From Candidatus Thorarchaeota archaeon (GTDB taxonomy: Archaea; Asgardarchaeota; Heimdallarchaeia; Hodarchaeales; Hodarchaeaceae), in assembly GCA_048882505.1 (NCBI GenBank), contig JBHLRO010000002.1, positions 120,001-152,000 of the forward strand: DNA of 32,000 bases, written 5' to 3'. How positions within the stretch are numbered: position 1 is the first letter of the stretch; each line of letters starts with the position of its first letter. Under the pieces are notes generated by a model that saw nothing but the letters and a program-made list of their open reading frames with translations, did no database searches and was not told the DNA's origin. Shown one piece after another: positions 8,978-16,851 of the stretch. A program made the translations under genes and the position numbers.

Positions 8978-9380
8978 GCAGATGCTTCGATTACGTGCTT
9001 TTTCCTTAATTCATTGCCCTCATAATTTTGGAGATATAATGAAAACGATTATCCTATGTCGTCAAAGGCTCGTTTGACGAAGTATGATCATGACAGAGTC
9101 TCTGAAAATGCATTGTCGTATAATCCCCCCCTTCATTGAGGAAACAACCGTTTTCAAAACATATCAGTTAGGATGATTTTTTTCCCTTTTACTAAGACAA
9201 ATGATCATCAATTTTCACGGGTTCCAATTTTGAGTAGGTATGCCACGAAATCTGGTTGGGCTTCTCGATAAAAAACAGGTGACAAGTTCTCAAATTCATG
9301 AGGCACCTTATTTAGTGAGGGCAATATTTAAGAAGGGAGAGATAGGTTTGTTCTCAAACAGAGTTACAAGTTGTGTAGAA

Positions 9381-10304
9381 ATGGCGAAAAAAAAACGACG
9401 CTACGTTGCTGGGCTAGCCCAACTTGATTTTCAACCCTCTTATGACTGGGAAATAGAGGAAGCGGAACAGCTCTATACTGATGTCCAGCATTCCATACCC
9501 ACCGAGGAAATCCACTACAGGGACTGTGTCGTGGGCATGCAATCCTTACCCGACAGGTGTATCGACCTCGTCATAGCCGATCCTCCGTTTGGTATAGATT
9601 TTAGTGGAAAAGAAGCTCAATATAATCGAAAAAGTGAATTCGTGGCGGAAGGATATTCAGAAATCACCGAAGATTATGATAAGTTTACTGATGATTGGGT
9701 TAACGAACTTCCGCGAATTATGAAGGAGACCGCTTCCGCTTACATTTTTTCGGGGTGGACCAACCTTTCAGATCTACTGGTAGCCGTTGATAAGAGCCCA
9801 CTGACGTTAATTAACCACATTATCTGGAAGTACCAGTTCGGAGTGTTTACCAAAAAGAAATATGTCACAAGCCACTATCACTGTTTGTATGTAGTTAAAA
9901 ATCCCAAGAAATATTTCTTCAACAAAATCGAACACTATCCTTTGGATGTTTGGGACATCCCCAGGAAATATATTCCAGGTCAGCGAAAAAACGGGACAAA
10001 ACTCCCAGAAGATGTGATAATACGGGCTCTTGATTTTAGTTCTCGTCCTGGAGATCTGATCTTCGATCCGTTTATGGGAAATGGGACAACAGCTGTGTGT
10101 GCCAGACTAACTTATCGGCATTATTTTGGATTCGAAATCAACACACAAATGCGAGACATCATTAATGATAATCTGGCCACCGTGACATTGGGAGCAAGAT
10201 ATCAAGCATATCATACCTTGTTACCAACTCCAGAGGAGCTTGCAAGGAAATATCCTGGAGTCAGACGGAAGTTAGAAACGAATAAAACTCCTGAGAATCA
10301 ATAA
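9381..10304 (+). CDS. Orphan amino-DNA methyltransferase (N6-A/N4-C, beta class)
   Basis: Motif IV DLVIADPPF precedes motif I DPFMGNGTT, and HxTxKP-like NGTKLPE is present. The start is probably ATG 9381 (MAKKKRR) rather than 9240. Confidence 0.9.
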   Translation: MAKKKRRYVAGLAQLDFQPSYDWEIEEAEQLYTDVQHSIPTEEIHYRDCVVGMQSLPDRCIDLVIADPPFGIDFSGKEAQYNRKSEFVAEGYSEITEDYDKFTDDWVNELPRIMKETASAYIFSGWTNLSDLLVAVDKSPLTLINHIIWKYQFGVFTKKKYVTSHYHCLYVVKNPKKYFFNKIEHYPLDVWDIPRKYIPGQRKNGTKLPEDVIIRALDFSSRPGDLIFDPFMGNGTTAVCARLTYRHYFGFEINTQMRDIINDNLATVTLGARYQAYHTLLPTPEELARKYPGVRRKLETNKTPENQ

Positions 10305-10333
10305 AAAGTTCATAAAAGAGACTACATTAAGTT

Positions 10334-11056
10334 TTAGCGGTGTTTCGTAACTCCGATTTGCTGGCATACGTCATTAATGACGCATTGGCTGCATTTTGGG
10401 CTAATGGGAGTACAAATGTTTTGTCCATATCGGACGAGGATATCATTGATCGGGATCCACCATTTTTCTGGAAGAATTTTACGTAACATCATTTCTACGC
10501 TGTCAGCATCCCGATATACAATTTTGTCCTCTTTTACTCCTTTTATCGGGACAATACCAATACGTTGGGTTATCCTTGCGACGTGGACATCGACGCAAAT
10601 TCCAGGTTTTCCGAATCCCATCGTAACCACTAGGTTGGCAGTCTTGCGGCCAACCCCTTTGAACGATAGTAACTCGTCAAGCTCATCTGGGACCTGTCCG
10701 CTGTACTCTGTAATCAATCGCTGGCATATTGCCCGAATGGTTTGCGCCTTTCGCCGATAAAATCCTACAGGATAAATGAGCTGTTCGAGGACTTCCTCAG
10801 AGAGAGCTAGAATTTTCTCTGGAGTATCGGCTTGAGCAAACAACTCTCGACTTGTTTTATACGTCACCTCATCCTTCGTTCTGAGGCTTAAAATGGTTGC
10901 AATCAAGATTTGAAATGGATCTCTTTTCTTCTTAGAGATATGAGTCACTAAAGGGTCATTGAAAGTCTTTCGTGTCTCAAATAGTTTCGTCAAGATTCTA
11001 TCAAGCTGTTGGGAGGTGAAAACCTGATTTTCCTGTATATGAGCTACTGATGTCAA
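10334..11056 (-). CDS. nth: Endonuclease III (HhH-GPD glycosylase/AP lyase, 4Fe-4S)
   Basis: LIATILSLRTKDE, HhH FKGVGRKTA (catalytic Lys), VDVH (catalytic Asp), and C-x6-C-x2-C-x5-C. Confidence 0.95.
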   Translation of the reverse strand: MTSVAHIQENQVFTSQQLDRILTKLFETRKTFNDPLVTHISKKKRDPFQILIATILSLRTKDEVTYKTSRELFAQADTPEKILALSEEVLEQLIYPVGFYRRKAQTIRAICQRLITEYSGQVPDELDELLSFKGVGRKTANLVVTMGFGKPGICVDVHVARITQRIGIVPIKGVKEDKIVYRDADSVEMMLRKILPEKWWIPINDILVRYGQNICTPISPKCSQCVINDVCQQIGVTKHR

Positions 11057-11127
11057 GATGATACCCTGAAAAACTACGTCATAAATCAGCTTCTTATCGG
11101 TTATTGTTCGAATAGGTTTGGTTACGA

Positions 11128-11343
11128 ATGGTTAACAAAGACCTTTTCCGTACAATGGTGAAAAAGCTACTGGAGCATCCTGATCGATTCGAAAGGATTT
11201 TTGCAGCCCAGTACCTTGCCCGATACACGCGTGAACGAAGCGAGAAATTCCTCTATGAGGCCCTTGCAGATCCAGATCCAGAAGTTGTCGCATGCGTTCA
11301 GCACCTGCTTGGAAAAATCCAACAAGGTAGAAAAGAACCTTAA
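11128..11343 (+). CDS. Small HEAT/PBS-lyase-repeat protein
   Basis: ERIFAAQYLARY and LYEALADPDPEVVACVQHLLGKI fit HEAT-like repeats. Confidence 0.65.
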   Translation: MVNKDLFRTMVKKLLEHPDRFERIFAAQYLARYTRERSEKFLYEALADPDPEVVACVQHLLGKIQQGRKEP

Positions 11344-11413
11344 AAATCGTCTCTGCTAACGCTCACTGCCTCTTAGCGACAACTATCCCCCGCATGGATC
11401 AGAGTTAGCATTT

Positions 11414-12232
11414 TTATTCGTTTTTAACATCAAAGCTGCGGCTAGCATCTGAAAAGGTCTTGATGCCAAAGCGCCAGCGAATTTTTAGACTGAGTCGTCT
11501 CTCCGGGAGGTCCTTGAAGAGTTTTTGTTGAAGTTGCCGAAGCATTGGGAGATCTGACAAGGCTTTAGATATTGCACGAACAGTAGCAAACTCTGATGTC
11601 TCATTTTGAACATCTTCGAGAAAGACAGCTTGATTTAATTTCTTTAAAGAAAATACCATTGATTGGTTTTTATAGTGTTTCTGGTCATCTGGTGATACCA
11701 TAGTCTGAAAAGAAAACGCATGGTTTAATACTGGAGGAATTATACGATCTAGGCTTGCAAATACTTGAATCAGTTGCATAGGATCTATTATTTCTTTTGA
11801 ATTTATCTGTACGTGTTTTTTACATAATGCCAGTTCAATGAACTTGGAGGAAACGGGGAATGGTGGTAATAAATCGAAATCATTGGCGGTTAGTAGACGA
11901 TCCTCCTCCATGTTAACCGTGCCGTTTACAAATGGCGCAATAAAATATTGAGCAGTCTTCTCGTTGTAATAATCTGGATCTATCAGAAGAGTATGTGTTT
12001 TGATACCTTTTCTTCCCCATTTGTCTTCTATGTCTTCAAAAACAAAACGGAGACCGATGGCACCTGTATTATGAATGAATTTGGTTAGAAAAATCCGGTC
12101 GAACTCGAGCGGAATGACAGAGGGTAGATAATAGGAAATATCATGCAGTTGGCTTCTTCCCAAGGTTGATGCGACCACATCTAAACCTGTTTCATGCCGA
12201 TTTTGTACGATAACTTGATGTAGATCTCCCAT
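11414..12232 (-). CDS. Hypothetical protein with GAP1-N2/GAP1-M-like (uDENN/cDENN-like) domains
   Basis: The D-x2-GR-x-G-x4-H-x-L motif (EDKWGRKGIKTHTLLI) and helix-IPP-x4-FSFQT motif match my recollection of GTPase-associated protein 1 domains. It lies 24 nt downstream of the GTPase gene. Confidence 0.55.
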   Translation of the reverse strand: MGDLHQVIVQNRHETGLDVVASTLGRSQLHDISYYLPSVIPLEFDRIFLTKFIHNTGAIGLRFVFEDIEDKWGRKGIKTHTLLIDPDYYNEKTAQYFIAPFVNGTVNMEEDRLLTANDFDLLPPFPVSSKFIELALCKKHVQINSKEIIDPMQLIQVFASLDRIIPPVLNHAFSFQTMVSPDDQKHYKNQSMVFSLKKLNQAVFLEDVQNETSEFATVRAISKALSDLPMLRQLQQKLFKDLPERRLSLKIRWRFGIKTFSDASRSFDVKNE

Positions 12233-12256
12233 TCTAGGTACTCTTCTATCTAATAA

Positions 12257-12904
12257 CTAACCATACAATGCCTGTTTTGCCTTCTCAAATATACCATCAA
12301 TAAGCTCATAGGGGGATTCATGAACGCTGATAAAGTCCTCGATGAACGTGGAAAAGGGAAAAGTCATTTTGTAATCTTGAACTACTACGTTGAAGTTCTC
12401 TAAAAACATTCGGGCCTTTTTCTCGTCGTAGTCGATATTATCCATTTTGTTCACAATAAAAAAGAAGAGAGATCGTTTTTTCTGAGCCTTTTTGTCCGCT
12501 TTGTCTGGATCCAAGCTGAGAGAGTCCAAGAAGTAATTGAACGAATCCTCCATAGCTATGCGCTGGGCTTCCACATCCTGAGAGGGGTCCAGCATGAATA
12601 GGATCCCATCGGTTTTATACTTCCGCATTGCCTCTCTCCACTGACGACGAAGTTTGAAATCTCCTGGATTATCGACTGCAACGACGTTATATTTACGGTA
12701 TCTCTCCAAAGAAAGCTTCGAATGATCCTGCGCCGATAAAAGCGTGATTTTTTTCTTTTCTACGGTAATTTCCAAGGTTTTTTCGACTTCAGTGGGATCT
12801 TCTCCCTTTAAACGTTTGATCAAACTAGTTTTACCTACCCCTGTATGCCCTAAGATGGTTAATCTGATATCCCGATCCAAAATTGATTTTAACCTAAAAA
12901 CCAC
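12257..12904 (-). CDS. Small Ras-superfamily GTPase, Arf-like
   Basis: G1 GHTGVGKT, G2 Thr (EKTLE), G3 DNPG followed by the Arf-like K-x-R-x2-W, DGILFMLD strand, G4 NKMD, and a short amphipathic N-terminus. Confidence 0.9.
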   Translation of the reverse strand: MVFRLKSILDRDIRLTILGHTGVGKTSLIKRLKGEDPTEVEKTLEITVEKKKITLLSAQDHSKLSLERYRKYNVVAVDNPGDFKLRRQWREAMRKYKTDGILFMLDPSQDVEAQRIAMEDSFNYFLDSLSLDPDKADKKAQKKRSLFFFIVNKMDNIDYDEKKARMFLENFNVVVQDYKMTFPFSTFIEDFISVHESPYELIDGIFEKAKQALYG

Positions 12905-13539
12905 ATAAAAAACTTCCCTTTCTTACTTGCATTAGGACTAAAAATTGGAAATGAAATCGTACTTTTTAAAATCATACTAATATTCCCCATCAGATTAGAT
13001 GGGATACAAGAGATAGGACAACGCAATTTCTAGGATAATCATACTCATTTTCCATAGCAGTCAATTTTAAGATTCATGATACATCACTGTACTTTATCTT
13101 TGGGCGCATACTTTATCTGTCACACTCCAGCCTGACTCTAACTGCCAATCCTAAGAATGAAAGGAACACTCCATTATGTACTATCAATATGCATGATAAA
13201 TGGTTACCCAAAAGCGTATTATCTTAATTGGGGTTCCCAGAACGTGTTATGCGTGTTTCACTGCAAGTTGCATCTGAGCTCCCACACTTTCGGGAAGCCA
13301 CAAAAACCGCGTTTTGTCGAAAGAAATGAGCGGTTTTGAGGCAAAGGGTTAGCTAACTTTCTTCCGGAAGGAAAGGGTTTTCATGGACGAATAATAAAAA
13401 TCCTTAAATATGAGATTTCTGGGATTCTTCGTGTCAATTTTAATTTCTCTTTCCCAGAAAAACCAACTAAAACAAAGAAAACCTTTCTGTAATATGATAA
13501 AATAAAAACTCACCTGCCTTGTGGAGGACAAGAAAAGTT

Positions 13540-13959
13540 ATGTCTGCCGTGACAATTGCAAAGATGATACAACTACAAGAATCCAAACCGATCAGCCTTC
13601 CTGCTGATTTTCTCGAAACCCTTCGGCCCAAAGATACGACTGATTCTTCGGCCGTGATGATTCTAGCACCCTCGACCAAAATCATCCGTATAATTCCGAC
13701 TAAAAGCCCTGAAGTCGTTAAAGTAGCCATAGAAATTGGAGAACTCTCCCCTGATTTCCTCCAGGAATTAGGGGTCGTGTTTATGCGATCCAAAATTAAA
13801 ACCCTATATAGTACTGGGCTCTGTTTCACACAAGATTCCTGTACCTATGAAGGTTACCTGGACAGTTCCGATCTCACCATCTCTCAAGATCAACTACGAG
13901 ATGAGCTGGCTGAGATTAAAGGGGTCAGTAAGGTAGATATTACTACACTGACCGCCTGA
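13540..13959 (+). CDS. Small protein with N-terminal AbrB/SpoVT-like segment and C-terminal ACT-like domain
   Basis: ISLPADFLETL plus strands at the N-terminus, then a beta-alpha-beta-beta-alpha-beta pattern ending ELAEIKGVSKVDI. GGAGGA lies upstream of ATG 13540. Confidence 0.6.
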   Translation: MSAVTIAKMIQLQESKPISLPADFLETLRPKDTTDSSAVMILAPSTKIIRIIPTKSPEVVKVAIEIGELSPDFLQELGVVFMRSKIKTLYSTGLCFTQDSCTYEGYLDSSDLTISQDQLRDELAEIKGVSKVDITTLTA

Positions 13960-13975
13960 GATACAACGATTTACC

Positions 13976-13989
13976 TTTTTTCCTTTTTT
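13976..13989 (+). terminator. Oligo-T terminator candidate
   Basis: TTTTTTCCTTTTTT 16 nt after the 13959 stop. Confidence 0.5.
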
Positions 13990-14068
13990 ATCGCTTTTTA
14001 ACTCCATTTAGGGGTATGTCGCAGGGCGGGGGCTATAGCTATTGAACAGAAGAACTTGAGGTAGGTTA

Positions 14069-14575
14069 ATGCGTTATTGTCTTAATTGTGGAACAAAACT
14101 GCCTGCTGAGAGCCGTTTCTGTCCGGATTGTGGTCGGGAGGTTTCCCAAAGCTTCATGAGTCCGACAAGTGAGTCAGTCTCGATTCAACCAGCCCAATTT
14201 TCTTCGAGGTACATGGGAGGAAGACCACTTTACATCAGACCAGCGGGAATCACATTCATCACTGTATTAGTAGGATTGGGTGCCTTTTTGAATTTTCAGG
14301 ATGGAATTTCAGGTGTTTCGCTCAATATTTGGCTGGCACTGTTTAGTATCGGGATGGCAGTGTTCCAGGTTTTGGCGGCTTACGGATTATGGTATATGAA
14401 GGCATGGGGTGGGATAACAGCCATCATATTGTATATAGTGAATATTATGGTATCTGGATTCATGGCATTTTTGGTTCCAAACGCTTTGATAATCACCAGG
14501 TTCATAGGATCCATCGTGACTGGGAGTATCATCATCTATTATGTTAATTCAAAACGGGATCTATTCACCAATTAG
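14069..14575 (+). CDS. Zinc-ribbon membrane protein (two CxxC pairs + about 4 TM)
   Basis: CLNCG...FCPDCG at the N-terminus and four hydrophobic helices at the C-terminus. Confidence 0.8.
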   Translation: MRYCLNCGTKLPAESRFCPDCGREVSQSFMSPTSESVSIQPAQFSSRYMGGRPLYIRPAGITFITVLVGLGAFLNFQDGISGVSLNIWLALFSIGMAVFQVLAAYGLWYMKAWGGITAIILYIVNIMVSGFMAFLVPNALIITRFIGSIVTGSIIIYYVNSKRDLFTN

Positions 14576-14857
14576 CGATTTGAGCGGAAAACTTACTTGC
14601 ATAACCCGATTTTTTCTTTAATAACATTTAGGGTTTCACTTTGGAGAAAAGATTTATGAAATCTTAGATGGAGGATGAATGGATATCCTTAACTTATTTG
14701 GTCCAAAAGGTATAGAAAAAGCGTGAAGAATGATTACGATCAGAGGATTTATTTATGAGATACGAATGAGTTCTCTTGATCGCTGGACAAACCTCACTCA
14801 TCTTAATAATTTCTGTCCTATTACCGTATAAAAGCTCTTATCGCTTAAGGTGATGTT

Positions 14858-15553
14858 GTGGCCTTTACTGCCGAAGAACCTGAAAATTTAAGTTTGCTTT
14901 TACATCCCTTACGTCGCAAGATTTATTCCATTCTTGCAGAAAACCCAGGGTCTTATTTTTTTGATCTTGCAAAATACCTAGAACTTCCGCAAGGCACCCT
15001 TAACTGGCACCTAAAAAGACTCGAATCGGATAACTTGATTAAATCCCTTAAATTTGCGGGAAAACGCATCTACTATCCCGCGGGACTCAGATCTGCGGAA
15101 GCTGAACGGATTTTTACTGTGCTTAGACCACAAACAGCTAGGAAAATTTTCACTTATGTACTAAACCGGCCAGGAGCGTTTCAAAGCCAGATTGCAGCTG
15201 GCATAGATCCGCCCGTTCATCATGACACGGTCCGTTATCATTTAACCCGACTAGAAGGTGTAAATTTAGTCACAACGAAACGCAGTGGGCGTACAGTTAA
15301 GATTTTCCCAGGTGAAGTAGCAGAAAACTTACAAAACGGATCTCTCAACGTTATTTCCGATTCGTACGTCAGATTTTTGCTGGCAAAGCTTCGAGAGGGC
15401 TGTCTACATCCTGAGGTTGTAACAAAATCTAAAAAGCAGCTTGTCTTGAGGATAGAATGTCCAGATGGGGAGGATATGATCTTAAATCTAAAAATGTCAG
15501 ATTGGGACATTTTTGATATCAACGAAGAGACTGAGGCATCCCTATCCAGCTGA
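14858..15553 (+). CDS. Tandem winged-HTH transcriptional regulator (ArsR-like, COG3398-type)
   Basis: Two wHTH repeats: LHPLRRKIY..LAENPG....LA..L......L.WHL..LE and RKIF..VLNRPG....QIA......HDTV.YHL..LE. Confidence 0.85.
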   Translation: MAFTAEEPENLSLLLHPLRRKIYSILAENPGSYFFDLAKYLELPQGTLNWHLKRLESDNLIKSLKFAGKRIYYPAGLRSAEAERIFTVLRPQTARKIFTYVLNRPGAFQSQIAAGIDPPVHHDTVRYHLTRLEGVNLVTTKRSGRTVKIFPGEVAENLQNGSLNVISDSYVRFLLAKLREGCLHPEVVTKSKKQLVLRIECPDGEDMILNLKMSDWDIFDINEETEASLSS

Positions 15554-15588
15554 GTTCCTCTCAAGATAAAATCTAGGAGACTCGGCGC

Positions 15589-16851
15589 ATGGCTACAAGA
15601 TTCGATCCGAAAGAGTATTCTCGGCAGCGTATTTTAACCCTCTGTGCCAGGTACCTCCCCAAGGATCTAATTGGTATCAACGTAGGACGGAAAGGATTTC
15701 GTCTTGCGGACAGTATGGTTACTCTAATTGAGCTGTCCGAAGATATTGTAGCAAAAGCCCAGGAACTAGAAGAGATTATTCCTGATTCCACAGCCATTGT
15801 ATTTCGCTATGGAGTAGCGCTTCGAAATATCTTTCAGAATGTAGAGGATTACTTAACCGTATCGCAGCTAAAGTCTTATTCTCGACGGGGTCGCCGTAAA
15901 GAGCTAGGGATTACAGAGTTTGATCTAAAAAAAGTAGAATATGCTTTGAAACGGAGTCCAGAACCTCCCGTGAAGACACAGAAGGATGAAAAACTAGTTA
16001 AGGACGCCCAAAAAACTTATCAAAAATTATTACAAGAAGAAAAGTATCAGCTTATACTAGAGGATGTCCTGATTAAACAAGATCTCTTTGTTGTGGACGA
16101 TTCAACAGGGAAAAAGTTCTTTAAAACTGTTAATCGTTTGATAAGCCGCTTAAAGGACAAAACCCAAGAAAAAGAACAGACTTTAGAGAACCTGGAGGCC
16201 AATCATAAAGAAATCAGACAGCTAGAAGATCAGATAACCAAAATTCAATCTCAGCTACCTGGGCTTAAGCGTCAATTGGAGGAATTTCGTCAAGAACGGG
16301 GAGTATTTGATGCTCTAGAGGAAAAAGAACGTCTTTTGGCTTCCCCTCTGCTCTCATTATTCTTGAAAATAATAACGAATAGTCTTGAGCGTTATGTGAA
16401 ATGGGTTGAACGCAGAGAGCAACGTATCGTGGAAAACAAGGATGCTTTCATGGGAATGATACTCGAACCAAGTAAATTCAATGGATTAAACGAAGAATTG
16501 TGGAGGGAAATCGTATATATTATCGAGAATAATGGAATTGACTTGCTACATAACAAGGATTGGTTTGAATTCAATAAAACAGAAGAGCTCAGGACATTCA
16601 TAACTAGAAAAGATGTCCTTCAGGATTTTGCCCGATTACGTGAAATCGAGATCCAACTTGATGAAATTGAAAACCAATTGCAAAAAGATCCACAGTATCT
16701 ATCTTTGATCGAGCAGCTTAATGATTATGATGAACAAACCATGAGATTGGAACGATTACAGCAAGAGATTTCAAACATGACCGAATACATAGGTATTCTC
16801 TCCCAGGAGTTGGCAGAGGTGGAAGATGAAGTTGTAAGGACTTTGGATTAA
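15589..16851 (+). CDS. Hypothetical long coiled-coil protein (420 aa)
   Basis: Long ORF with Glu/Gln/Lys/Leu heptad segments flanking a globular middle. GGAG lies upstream, and the start is 35 nt after the wHTH gene. Confidence 0.8.
   Translation: MATRFDPKEYSRQRILTLCARYLPKDLIGINVGRKGFRLADSMVTLIELSEDIVAKAQELEEIIPDSTAIVFRYGVALRNIFQNVEDYLTVSQLKSYSRRGRRKELGITEFDLKKVEYALKRSPEPPVKTQKDEKLVKDAQKTYQKLLQEEKYQLILEDVLIKQDLFVVDDSTGKKFFKTVNRLISRLKDKTQEKEQTLENLEANHKEIRQLEDQITKIQSQLPGLKRQLEEFRQERGVFDALEEKERLLASPLLSLFLKIITNSLERYVKWVERREQRIVENKDAFMGMILEPSKFNGLNEELWREIVYIIENNGIDLLHNKDWFEFNKTEELRTFITRKDVLQDFARLREIEIQLDEIENQLQKDPQYLSLIEQLNDYDEQTMRLERLQQEISNMTEYIGILSQELAEVEDEVVRTLD

Noticed and set aside
9240-9380. 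N-terminal 47 codons of the MTase ORF, and extended starts for elp3 (23292) and dph6 (26854)
   Set aside because: They lie upstream of the family-typical N-termini or overlap neighbouring genes; downstream ATGs fit better.
4828-9401. NLS-like basic N-termini (MAKKKK in the ATPase, MAKKKRR in the MTase)
   Set aside because: Lys-rich starts are common in AT-rich prokaryotic genes and carry no evidence of a targeting function.
6597-12904. Idea that the ICMT homologue methylates prenylated small GTPases
   Set aside because: Neither GTPase ends in a CaaX or CC motif (…KQALYG, …MMKQQA). ICMT-family proteins are widespread in prokaryotes with other substrates.
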